A stretch of 44,344 nt of DNA, taken from Fonticula-like sp. SCN 57-25 (lineage: Eukaryota). The stretch is taken from NCBI GenBank assembly GCA_001724245.1, contig MEDX01000680.1, positions 1 through 44,344 on the forward strand, in the 5' to 3' direction. The notes beneath the pieces were generated by a model. That model made no database searches. It saw nothing but the letters and a program-made list of their open reading frames with translations, and had not been told where the DNA came from. Below are positions 1-10,700 of the stretch, piece after piece; within the stretch, counting starts at the first letter, position 1; each line of letters begins with the position of its first letter. A program made the position numbers and the translations under genes.

Positions 1-4
1 CATT

Positions 5-40
5 TGTGAGTGACGGCAGTAAAACCAGTAACATACGCAC
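5..40 (+). repeat. Left terminal inverted repeat of the transposon
   Basis: TGTGAGTGACGGCAGTAAAACCAGTAACAtaCGCAC. The first 29 nt match the reverse complement of 4032-4060 exactly; 34/36 match overall. Confidence 0.95.
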
Positions 41-140
41 GCTTTGATTTTTCGGGAATCACGAGTCTCTGAAATTCAATTGTCCAATCAACTCGATCAT
101 AGTGCTGAGACGATTTCCATCGACCATGAAATCAGACGGT

Positions 141-237
141 ACTGCCATTAGAACCAGTAACATGCGCACGCTTGAAAGAGCCACGCTATTTGAACCGGTA
201 CAACCCACTGCCAGTAGAACCAGTAACACTCGCACGC
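141..237 (+). repeat. Two subterminal direct copies of the inner TIR motif (141-171, 207-237)
   Basis: ACTGCCAtTAGAACCAGTAACAtgCGCACGC and ACTGCCAgTAGAACCAGTAACActCGCACGC resemble TIR positions 12-42 (GACGGCAGTAAAACCAGTAACAtaCGCACGC). Confidence 0.9.
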
Positions 238-1272
238 CTTAATTCGTCTTTGCTTCCGGTGCCTGTTTAACCCGTAAAGGCGCCTGTGAAACCCAATGGC
301 GCCATTCTCTTTCTGGCCGTTGGGATGCCGTCGGTTAAACTTGTTGCTAAAGGGAACGTGAGGTGCGTGGGGATTCAGTACCTCGACCGCTGGAGATCGC
401 GAGCCGCCCTCGACGCTTTCCTTCGTATGGCTGCTTCTGGCGACGTATGTGACGAGTATGGCTCGGTTACACTCCAGCGGGCTCCGAATGTGCACGACGC
501 GAAAGGTATTTTTCGGATTGTCAGGGAATGCCAATCGACGTGTAGCTTACCAGCCCGCTTTTAGCTGTTATGGCCTACCAATCGGCCCAGGGAAACCGCG
601 CGCGGCAACCGCTTGGCTTTATTCAAAAAGATGCTGCAGCTTTATTGTTCCCATTCCTTGATGAGAACTCGTCCCTCACCATCGAATGTCGCGTCACGCA
701 CGTCTTGGTACGTTTTCACGGCCGCCGCCGCCAACCGCCGCCCGCGCTTATACTTTTTCTTATGTAGCCTGGAGACCCTGGCTGCCCTTGTCTGGGTTTG
801 CACGTTTACGCTGACTCTCGCGACTTGCCTGCCATGGTCCTCGCCTCCCGTCTCGAGAAGGACCTCTATCGAATTACGTACGGAGCTATGCGCCGCAAGC
901 GCGTGTGACGTGGTTCCCTTTTTTTGCGTGCTCGTCACCGCCGCCATGCCCATTGTACGTGTTGTAAACGTCTCAATATAGTCTGCAACTTTATTCGAAA
1001 CTATTTTTCCACTATTTTACTATTCACTATTCTACTGCTGGTAATTATCTCGGTTTGGTACTCTTGAAATCCTCTTTTTCTTGTCACTCGTTCAGTTGCC
1101 CAGAGCAGGGCGCTTGCGCCGGCGCTTGGCGCCATCAGTTGCTGCCGCGGGGTCGGACGCTGCGACCTCTTTGACTGACGTAGATAGAGCGTTGGAAGGC
1201 ACGGCAGGTGCTTCTTCGACGTAAGCAACGACTTGGCCAGGGGCGATGTCTTCGTCAAGGTTGATGACTTGC

Positions 1273-3732
1273 TCATCGGCGACGTCTTGGGCGGCGGCGG
1301 CGACTTGGGCAGCGGCGACGTGTTGGATCTCCTTTTGGTCGCAGGAAGGGAAGGTACTTATCGGACGGTACAAACTCGTCGTATGACTTTTGCAGGTCGC
1401 TCATCTTCTCCGGGGTAATGCCATGGGGTTCGCTGACGAGAAGCGGGGCCAGCGGCACATAACCTTCCAAAGGGAAAAGGCGCGTAATGGTAGCTGGCGC
1501 CGCGTCAGTGTTGGAGAAGGCTGTACTCATCTCAACAGTCGACTGATCTTCGTTCAAGCGGTACGTGATAGAGTGCAGCTCGCGCAGCTTGGTGGGCCGC
1601 ACCGGAATCTTGACACTCTCGCGCCACTTCTTGAGCTGGCCGACCTTCATCTCCTCTACCCGCGCCGCGTAGTTGGCAACTAGCTCCTTCAGCTGATTAA
1701 CGTTGTATACGTCGATCGTTCGATACTTCCGCCCGATGGCGGCAAACAATCTGTCAGGCGCAAACTTGGTGTGGCCAGCCATCATGTGGCGCTGACGGGC
1801 GGTCACAAAGCGCTTCCTTGCGACGCAGTCGGCCAGGTACGCTGCCAGAAATTGACTCTTGATGGTGGCGGCGTTGTCGGTCCACAGCTCCACGTGCTCC
1901 ACCCAAGCGGGAAGAACGGTGTCAAACAAGTGCTCGAGGTACGTGATCTGGTGGTCTCCGCTCTTTGGGCCGTGCGCGTACTCGTCCGTCAAGTAGACGA
2001 TTGACCCATCGCGCAGGCGAGGCATGTACTCCAGGACGGTACCACTAACATGGATGCTGAACTTCATCCTGTAGTACACGCGCCCGGGCTGCGCGGTTCC
2101 ACCAAAGTGCGGCAGGACTCTCTCCTGCATAAAGTCTGTCGAGACGACGGCAACGAACTTCTTTTGGAGCGCCAGCCGCTCGTCGCCGCGCGCCCGCTCG
2201 AGCGCGGCCCATGCATCGCGCGAGCGCCTTACCGACTCGTTGTAGGCATCTCGCTCCCTTGCAGCAATGGCGCGATGCTCCAGGCGTGTGTTGCGTACCG
2301 ACGCTAGCTGATCCTTCACCTCTTTTTTGCGCGTTCCGGTTGCCGAGCCTCCATCTTGCATGCGGCGAACCACCGCCTGAAGCTCTCGGCGGCGAACGGT
2401 AAGACTTTTGCAAGTGTCGCAGTAGTCCGACCGGTGGGGGCTGATTTTGACGCCGCGGCAAAGTAAAATTTTCCAGCGGAAAAAGGTGCGCTCGCTCAAA
2501 AACCCCGTGCTCGTTCCGCCCTCCTTGAGGCTCTTCACGAACTCGTCGTATACGCTGTTTTGGAGATCATCTCGATCATCCTCTGCAGCCGCGCCTGTCG
2601 CTTCGTCGCCCGCGCCGTCCGCGTTGCTCGCGTCGACGGTAAAGTTCTCCTCTTCATCCTCACTGTCCACCACGTCCTCGTCTTCCGGGGGCGGGTCGAG
2701 GTCGTCGTCGTCAGAGTCGGCGGGCGCGCTTGAGCTTGCCTCGCGGAGACGTTCGCTGGACCAGCGAGTGAACCTATCATCCAGATAATGCTCTGGCGCG
2801 TCAGTTGTCGTGCGCGCACTCGGCGTGCTGTTGTTCTCAATAAATTTAATAAACATTGTCTGCTGATCGACCAGCGCTTTATGGCGATTGCTGGGTTTCC
2901 CCCGCAAACCGTGGACCCGCGCAATGCGTCGGACCTCGACCATGGTTTCACAGTCCATGTTTTCCCACACATGGACTGCTTCACCGCTGGTCTCGGCCCT
3001 CGGCAAGCGGATGTAGGGCAAGCGCCACGGCTCCTTAAATAGCTCGCCTTTCGGCTTGAGCTCGTAGCCGAGGTTTTTCAGACTCTTGCGAGTCTCCTCT
3101 GCTACGTCGGCTAAACGCGACGGTCCGACCTGAAAGATGGCCTGGACGCAGCGGTTGCAATACGGCATGTTGCCGTTCGGGTCGTACAGGTCGCAGAGGA
3201 AGCGATCGTGCGTGGCACGCAGCGAGTCGCCCACAATCGCGAGCCCGTTGCCCTTTGCGGTGGGAGGTGGCGCTTCGACATTGTGATAAGCCGGAGCGAC
3301 GCGCGCCAACTCAACGAGGCACTTTGCGTTGCACGTCGTCTTTGTCGTGGCGTAGAAAGTGACGATGTCACTGCACAGCTCATCGGAAGCACCGTTCTGG
3401 CGCATGCCTTCGACAATCGCCTCAACGTTCGTGAAAGTCGCAGTTCCTGAGTGGCGACGGCGAGAGCGACCCGCAAGCTTAATCCTGTCCTTTTCGGCCT
3501 TTCGGGCAGCACGCGTAGTGGGTCTCTTCGGCGCCACTGTACGTTCCACATCGCGATCACGGCGATCAGCATCGCCCGATCGCGGGCCATCTGCCTCTTC
3601 GTCATTAAGATTGCCCGATGGAGTCGCGTCATCTGCTCTTCTCTGCTGGTCGCTAAACTCTTCGTTGACATGCGCAATAACCTCTCTGGGAACGCCCAGC
3701 TCGCTGGATTCCCCGTCAGTGGCCAGCTCCAT
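1273..3732 (-). CDS. Sola-like DDD transposase, 819 aa, intronless
   Basis: Motifs in expected order: DYCDTC, STDFMQ...P...YYRMK, WTDN, GHTKFAPDRLF, and C-terminal KMSDL..YDEFVP. Lies inside the TIRs. Confidence 0.85.
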   Translation of the reverse strand: MELATDGESSELGVPREVIAHVNEEFSDQQRRADDATPSGNLNDEEADGPRSGDADRRDRDVERTVAPKRPTTRAARKAEKDRIKLAGRSRRRHSGTATFTNVEAIVEGMRQNGASDELCSDIVTFYATTKTTCNAKCLVELARVAPAYHNVEAPPPTAKGNGLAIVGDSLRATHDRFLCDLYDPNGNMPYCNRCVQAIFQVGPSRLADVAEETRKSLKNLGYELKPKGELFKEPWRLPYIRLPRAETSGEAVHVWENMDCETMVEVRRIARVHGLRGKPSNRHKALVDQQTMFIKFIENNSTPSARTTTDAPEHYLDDRFTRWSSERLREASSSAPADSDDDDLDPPPEDEDVVDSEDEEENFTVDASNADGAGDEATGAAAEDDRDDLQNSVYDEFVKSLKEGGTSTGFLSERTFFRWKILLCRGVKISPHRSDYCDTCKSLTVRRRELQAVVRRMQDGGSATGTRKKEVKDQLASVRNTRLEHRAIAARERDAYNESVRRSRDAWAALERARGDERLALQKKFVAVVSTDFMQERVLPHFGGTAQPGRVYYRMKFSIHVSGTVLEYMPRLRDGSIVYLTDEYAHGPKSGDHQITYLEHLFDTVLPAWVEHVELWTDNAATIKSQFLAAYLADCVARKRFVTARQRHMMAGHTKFAPDRLFAAIGRKYRTIDVYNVNQLKELVANYAARVEEMKVGQLKKWRESVKIPVRPTKLRELHSITYRLNEDQSTVEMSTAFSNTDAAPATITRLFPLEGYVPLAPLLVSEPHGITPEKMSDLQKSYDEFVPSDKYLPFLRPKGDPTRRRCPSRRRRPRRRR

Positions 3733-3968
3733 TGTCTGGTTTTACTGACAGCTTGAAGCAGAGTGTGTCAGCACTGTGTCACGCGTGTCCCCTGATTTAC
3801 CATGATTCTTCTGATTTGTAATCTTACCGAATATTCGGTAACGTCTCAACTCCCATCTCGTCAAATAGAGCGATCTTACCCAACATATGAGGGGTTTTTG
3901 GGCAATTGAGTCGAATTCTATGTTTCAAGGTGGCCTAATCTTGCTACCAGCAGATAGAGCAGGCAATT

Positions 3969-4002
3969 CTCAGTCTATTGACACCCTCAGTCTATTGACA
4001 CC
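3969..4002 (+). repeat. Perfect 17-bp tandem duplication inside the right end of the transposon
   Basis: CTCAGTCTATTGACACC at 3969-3985 and 3986-4002. Confidence 0.95.
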
Positions 4003-4024
4003 GAAAAGTCCAAAAATAGAGAAT

Positions 4025-4060
4025 GTGCGAGTGTTACTGGTTTTACTGCCGTCACTCACA
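4025..4060 (-). repeat. Right terminal inverted repeat of the transposon
   Basis: GTGCGagTGTTACTGGTTTTACTGCCGTCACTCACA is the reverse complement of 5-40 with two mismatches. Confidence 0.95.
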
Positions 4061-4120
4061 TATCATAGCTGTTGATGGGTCTGGTGTTTGCCGTTAGGTG
4101 ACAACGGACTCGAACAATAA

Positions 4121-5003
4121 TTACATTCCCTGTATGGGCACTTTATGGAATAGCTCATTTGAGGTTGCTGGTCGCCGAAGATCTGCGCGCCAGTGAAGCC
4201 TTGTAATTTTCAATGGGTACTCATTCCATTGTGTTCGTCGAACCTCGTACGATCCTAATCTGCAGTAGTCTCGGCCGTCGCAAGAGATCTTGTTGTTCAC
4301 AACTGCCGTGAACATTTCTCGCTTTTCGCGTCGCCGGCGTTTGCTTTAAATCGCCTTTCTGCAACGCATCTTGCGGCGTGGTCATTGTCGTACATCAGAG
4401 TTGGAGCTTTAGCCCGTGATCTCCGCAAGGTCATTTTACATTCTGGCTGGACGCTGCCTTCGCGGCCCTGTGCCATGCAATCAATGATTTCAGCGAATTG
4501 TCTATTTGCCCTCCCGATTCATCTTTCTGCCAACGTATTGTTTTGGGAATAATCGTATCTTTGGCACTGGAGCTGGTGCCGATTTTTATTGAGAACGCCG
4601 TCTGGCTTGCTTGCTGTGCCTTTACCTACTTGTCCCGGTTCTCCTTACCGCCGTTGCCCGTCGCGACTTTTCGGTCTGCACTATATAAAGAATGATGCCG
4701 CTGTTCAATGAGCGCCCGGGTATCTGCATAGTGCGCCTGCGTTTTCAGGCGTTACATTGATCGCGATGCGGGCCGCCGTTTTTTTGTTTTCTTCGTCACA
4801 GAGAATCTCACAAAGTCCGCGCTGCGGAGCCATGGCAACATGAGCAAGCTGTTTCTACTGAGCACAGGAGGAACATTTTTTCTTTGCTTAGCCGGCCTGG
4901 AGCCCGGAGAAGAACGTCACATGTAGCAGTTCGCCAGATCTTCTTGACACCCGACATTTCTGACCATTGCCAAGCTCGCGCGCGAGGCGGCCGCCTTCGT
5001 CAT
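4121..5003 (-). pseudogene. Possible highly decayed Tc1/mariner-like transposase remnant
   Basis: Short frameshifted peptides on the minus strand in Tc1-like order: MTKAAASR/SGVKKIWR (HTH-like), RAPGRLSK, NKKTAARIA, QYVGRK, PIENYKASLARR, RRPATSNEL. No intact ORF or TIRs seen. Confidence 0.25.
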
Positions 5004-5395
5004 GCCGTACAATAACATGGCTGGGAGACTACACTTTTCTTGACTTTTGAAAAGCCGGCGCGCGCCTCTGCTGTTTCTTGTCGTCGGCCTTTCCTGTCGT
5101 TTTTCGAGCGTCTACGGAGGATGACGGGCGCCGTGTTTCCACTGCTGTTGGCGCGGTGTTCGACTGTCTCGATGGGCTGTGCCTCTGACGTGCCTACTAT
5201 ATCGCGCGCGCGAACGCTTTTTTAGCCGAGCGACTTTTGCTACACGTTCAGCTCACGTTGCCTTTTGCCGCCCGCTCTTGCCCTCTGAATCGTAGCCAAA
5301 CCGTATGCTTTGTACTTTTCAACTTTATTTCTGTATTCAAGCATCACCTTTCTTGTTTATATATCCCATTTTATCTTTGTATTTGTGCTTTAATG

Positions 5396-6841
5396 CTACA
5401 AGCAATCAAGAATGACCTTTGACCATACGCCCTTGGTCGCCCACGCCTCGCTCACCTTGTCAATGGGGATTCGATGCGGATTGAGGCGACGAATAACAGA
5501 ACTGCACAATTCCGGCTGCTTCTCAAATACAGACAATGCTTCTCCAATGTCGCCACATCGCGAGCTATAGAGTTCAATGTCGCGCTCCAGCAGCGCCCGC
5601 GAAAGTGCGCTCGATTCGGCTTCCTGATCGGGGCGCTGAGGAGCCAAAAGAATAATCCCTCTTGCCCGCACTACTCCCTGGGGAGATTTGCCATTGCTTG
5701 ACCAGTGCGGTGGCCGCACAACGTCATCAAACTCGCCTAATGATCCAATGATGGCGACATCAAACACTCCAAAGATCGTGCCGCTGTTCTCGCCCTGGAG
5801 ATCGCGCAAGGGGGCCGTCACAATGCGCACATTCTGTGGCCAACAATCGACATGAGAAACATGCGCGTGAGGCGACACCCAGACAGATATTATATCTTTG
5901 CTCCTGAGAGGCGCCACGGCAACGTTCTCCCACTGGAATTGTACGCGAGGAAGTGAAAATGATGCCAAGGCGAGCTCGTCCACAACAAACGCCGTCAAAT
6001 TTGCCAAACCAAGAGTACGCTGCCCGGTAGTAGACTTTATATGAACAATTCGTTTGGAAGCCAAGAGCGCCGTTGCGAGCCCCTCGGGCGAGCCCGTCGC
6101 CTCAAAAACCATATCATAAGTACCTTGAGGCACCTCTGCGCTGCTGACCACAGAATCAACACCGAGACGGAGCGCCATTTCGTGCTGACTAGTGTGCCGA
6201 ACGAGTGCGTCAACAGTGAATGGCGAGCCCTTGTTTCTGCTGGCGATGAGCGCAGTCATCAGGAGGGCTCCGAGGCGGCCGACGCCCAGAACGCCGACGC
6301 GTCCTCGGGGGGATCGTACGCGAAGCGCCTGCAGCGAAGCAGCAAAAGGCTCAGCAAACACGGCGGTTTCCGCCGATACAGACACCGGAACAGGGACAAT
6401 GTTGTTGATCGGAGCAAGCACGTAGCGCGCGGCGCCGCCGGGGAGGCGATCAATTCCCAACGTCATGCGATATGGGCACTGCGACGGCAAGCCACGCTCG
6501 CAGAAAGGGCACGAATCAGCCGATCCATGAGAAACATGACCATCATTTATGTCAATGGCCACAAGCGAGCCATCTTCCCTGCGCGCAACTACCTCATGCC
6601 CCGCAATCTGTGGAAGTGGGAACGGCATGCGGTGGAGGGCGAAATCCGTTCCGCACATGCCACACAGAACGCATCGCAACAGCTCATAGCATGAGCCAAG
6701 CGTCAACAAAAGTTCACCATCACGTTCAATGCGCCAGTTTCCATTATCTTCTCTGGAGTACATATAGCTCGCTCGCCTCAGCGACCCATCCGCCAACACC
6801 ACCGTCGCCTCAAAGGCAGCAGCGCGCTTGGTTCCCGCCAT
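5396..6841 (-). CDS. Zn-dependent medium-chain dehydrogenase/reductase (threonine/sorbitol dehydrogenase-like) with extended C-terminal half, 481 aa, intronless
   Basis: Catalytic Zn motifs CGMCGTD and GHE, structural Zn loop CPFC...C, FAEP, NAD-binding GVGRLG, FEATGS, and terminal SSRCGD. Confidence 0.88.
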   Translation of the reverse strand: MAGTKRAAAFEATVVLADGSLRRASYMYSREDNGNWRIERDGELLLTLGSCYELLRCVLCGMCGTDFALHRMPFPLPQIAGHEVVARREDGSLVAIDINDGHVSHGSADSCPFCERGLPSQCPYRMTLGIDRLPGGAARYVLAPINNIVPVPVSVSAETAVFAEPFAASLQALRVRSPRGRVGVLGVGRLGALLMTALIASRNKGSPFTVDALVRHTSQHEMALRLGVDSVVSSAEVPQGTYDMVFEATGSPEGLATALLASKRIVHIKSTTGQRTLGLANLTAFVVDELALASFSLPRVQFQWENVAVAPLRSKDIISVWVSPHAHVSHVDCWPQNVRIVTAPLRDLQGENSGTIFGVFDVAIIGSLGEFDDVVRPPHWSSNGKSPQGVVRARGIILLAPQRPDQEAESSALSRALLERDIELYSSRCGDIGEALSVFEKQPELCSSVIRRLNPHRIPIDKVSEAWATKGVWSKVILDCL

Positions 6842-7705
6842 AATCGAATCTACCCCTGATTCTCGGGTGCCTGTGCGAGAGGAGTCAGCGTCGCAGCGGA
6901 CAAGAATAGAGGAGGCTGGGAGGAGGGATAGCGGCGCGTCTGTACCGTGACGATGAAAGCCTCCTACTCTCCCTGTCAGGTCTGCGTTGCGCCGTTATTG
7001 TGATGGTTTTGTTCCATTTGAGCTCGTGTTTCTGTACCGCAACTGATGGGAATAATGGATGGTGCTGTTACCATGCCGATGATGCCGCCTTGCCGCGCGC
7101 CGGCCCGCCGCTCGGGTTTACGTGTCAGGTGTAGACGTTAAAATTTTTATGAGCGTCATTAATGACGTCTTCTTCGATTTTTCACGTTTGCGGCCACCAT
7201 GATTGGGGCCCGCTCGTCGGCGGCACTCGTCCGAGCCGTCCCAGCCTTGCTTCGGCTTTGCCAACATCACAACGATGACAGGTGAATCATCCGTCAGCTC
7301 TGACGAGCATCAGCGCCGAGCATCAGCATGGGCTTGGAAGGTTTTGTTGTCTTATGTTTATTTGGATTACTGACGTTTTATGCTCGTCCTGACCAACTAT
7401 CGCTGTCCTCTCCTTAGGACGCCTGTCAGCCCCATCCACGCTACAATTTTTTGTGTGAAAAAAGGAACATGTAAATGTATTTGTACTTTTGTTTGGGTTT
7501 TGTGGAAAGCTGCTTTTGTAGTGGGCACGTTGTGTCGTTTGGGAAATCCACTATATGTATTCATACGAGGGTGATGAAACAATACATGAAACTAAATAAT
7601 TTGCAAGCGGCACTGATAGAAAAGTAATGCGACTGCATCACTGATACATGAGTAATGCAACTGCATGTACTCGCTACGCTAGTAACACCTGTTGAACTGA
7701 AATGC

Positions 7706-10700
7706 TCAGATAATTGCCGACGCGAGCTGGTTGCAAATCACCGCAGAGTCTGGTCTGCTCGATGGCACCTCAGCAGACAAGATCGAGTCAATGATGGCCG
7801 CGACCTGCGAGCGCAGCACATCATCATCTGAATCCGGTGTAAAAGAGAGAGTCTGGCCTTCGACAACCAGCTGCGAAATCTTGTCAAGATCAATCGTTGC
7901 CCACGGGACGACGCGAGTGTACATTTCCATAAAGATCACGCCGGCCGCATAAACATCGGCAGCAGGCTCGTCCTCGACCGACACGCTCTCAATACGCTGG
8001 CGATGAACTTCGGGCGCGGCATACCGGAGGGCCTCGCCAGCGATTCTGTTGGGAATCCCTTCGCCAACGGCAATCGCGTTACTCAGATTGCTCAAAACCG
8101 GGGTGGGGTAAACGTCACCAACGCCGGCGGGTTGGATCAAAATGCAGCGAGGCGAAAGAGAGCGATGCGAAAGCTGCATAGAGTGAACGGCACTCAGACC
8201 CGATGCAATGCTAGAGACTAGATGGTGCAGCAGGGATGATTCGATCGTTGTATGGTCACCCGAGTGGATGAGCTGGTTAAGGTTCGACTCGTAGCGGCGG
8301 GTAACAAACGAGCGCGGCACATCCGTATACGCGACGAGCGAAACAATGTTCGGGTGGAACGACAGAGACCACATCAAAGATACTTCGCGATGGAACAATT
8401 CCGTATTCATTTCCGCGTCGAGGTCTGGCTGCTCCTCAAAGTCATACACGTTTGCCTCCTTGGAGCCGACGCGAGAAGCCACCTGGAAATCGAGAATCAT
8501 CGTCTTGCAGCCGCCCTCCGGTTCGCTGGCGTCGAGCAAGGCGCCCGGCTGGATGGTCGTAGCATAATCCACAAGCAGGAAGCCGGGCAGGGCAACCTCC
8601 ATAACAGTGTTTACGATAGTCTTGTCGGCGTGCGACAGGTGCGTCGTTGACTCTGCGTGCTTCATGCTGCCGCGCGAGCGCGCAAGCGTCTGGCGGTACT
8701 CCTTGAGCGACGACAGCGCCTCGGCGCCACCAAATTCGGCCATCTTGTCAGCTGTGCGGCGGCGACGGCGGCGGATGACAACCATGACCACGATCACAAT
8801 TACAATCAACGCCACGACTCCGGCAACACTCGCGGCCGCAATGATGGTACCGTTGACGCCAAGACCGGGGTCCTCCACGATGTTGTCAGTTGTTGACGAT
8901 GTCGTCATCATCAAACGCGCGCCAACCTGCTCCGTGGCATTGTTGTGACCAGCAAGCACGAGAATCTCGTACGTGCGGCCCGACTCTAGACCATCGACCG
9001 TCGCAGAAGCGGCATCACTGGATGCGGTGCCCCACAGAGTAAAGCCATCAGATACGTTGCGCAAAGGGACGACAAGGCGGTAATGGATCTCATAGTACTG
9101 AGCCAGCGCGGACACGCCCCAGCTAAAGGTGAGGGAGTCTGTGGATGCACTACCAAGCTGAAGCGGACCCGGCTGAGAGATGTACGTGGTCACTGGAATG
9201 ATGGCAGCGCCCGGCTCGTTATAGCCCTCGTGCTCGCCGGCCATCACACGCACTGAATAGAGCGTGTTTTGGAACAGGTTGTCAATGGTGAAAGATTCGC
9301 CCTTAAAGTTGATCGCCTGGCCCATGTTGGCAATCACAAAGCTCCCGGTTGAGATAGCCACATCAACGCGATACGTCGTGTTTTCTGTCGCGTTGACCAT
9401 GTTCCACACGAGCGTGATGGAGGTAGATGTCTTTGAGGTCCACCGAAGGTTGGAGATATCAGCCGAGTCGTCGGCCGGCAAAATGTCACATGGGTTGCTG
9501 AACAGTGGTTCCCATGTACCGTCAAACAGGCATGCGCGGGTGGGCGGGCCGGCCGCCGAGACGTTATATCCAGTAGGGCAGGTACCAATCGAGTTGGTGC
9601 TGGGAAGCGCCGATGGGAAAAACACAAGGCCGACCGACTCGCTCGGGCAGTTGTCATAGTGCACGATGCAGGGATTAACAATGGTCGAGTTCCAAATGCC
9701 TGAAACGCCGCATGAGCGACGTGGAGTGCCATCATAGCCGGACAGGCAGCTGCCAATTGCCACCTCACCTGCGCGCGTCTGCTGCCACTGAGCGTTATCA
9801 AGCTGATTACTGGCACAGAAAATCTCGGTGCAACCGTTGGTGATATCTCCCCAATTGCCCGTTCCGTCGCAAACGCGAGTAGGCGAGCCCGAGTAGCCTG
9901 CATTGCACGTTCCAGTCACAGATGCAAACGCATCCGATTCGCTCCACAGAGCATTCCCGTCCTCAACGGCAGGGCACTTGATAAGCACGCAGGGGTTGAC
10001 AATTGATCCCCAACCGCCGTCGAGCCCGCACAAGCGAGACGGGCTGCCAAGGTAGCCGCTATTGCAAACACCGGCTGCACTGCTGCCGGCTGAGGTCAAC
10101 GGCCAATCAGCATTGCCTGCGGCCGTGGGAGGGCATTGCAGCGTCGTGCATGTGCCGCTGATTGTGCCCCATGCGCCATTCAGTAGGCAAGAACGAGTGG
10201 GAGAGCCCGAGGAGCCGGAAGGGCAGGTGCCGACCACGTCAAAAGAGCCCGCTTCAACCGAGCCCCACGATCCGAGGGAGCCGTCGTCCACAGCAAAGCA
10301 CATCTTTTTCGTGCACGGATTTGACACCGCTGAATACAGACCGTCGGCTGAGCAGTTGCGCAGGGGCGTTCCTTGCCAGCCCTCGACGCATTCGCCAGGG
10401 ACACCAGTCGTCATGGAGTTTGCCGTCGGCCACAGTGCGTTGTTAAACTCGACCGACATACACCGATTACGCGTGCATGATCCGGTTGCGGTGTCCCAGA
10501 CGCCATTGCCAAGACACGCACGCACGGGCGTTTGCGTCGATGAATAGCCTGTAACACAGACACCAGAAGCAGAAGAACCGGCGGCCGTCGAAGCCCATAT
10601 AATGTTGTCAATCGTCTCGGCCGCGCATGATACCAACGAACACGAGCCCGAAATAACGCCCCAGACTCCCGCGATAGAGCAGGTGCGCAGAACGTTGCCT

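Larger units (their letters stand above)
6..4059 (-). mobile_element. Sola-like (Sola1-type) cut-and-paste DNA transposon, ~4.05 kb, apparently full length
   Basis: Terminal inverted repeats at 5-40 and 4025-4060 enclose one large DDD-type transposase ORF. Flanks for a 6..4059 element are ATTT and ATAT (AWWT-like, one mismatch). The exact boundary is uncertain by 1-2 nt. Confidence 0.85.

Noticed and set aside
12-237. Spaced ~31-bp repeats resembling a CRISPR array
   Set aside because: Only three degenerate copies with unequal spacing, part of the transposon end, eukaryotic context and no cas genes.
286-981. Short ORFs in the 3' part of the transposon (286-564 +, 642-953 -, 613-981 +) as cargo genes
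   Set aside because: No recognisable domain or splice pattern; they cannot be supported from sequence alone.
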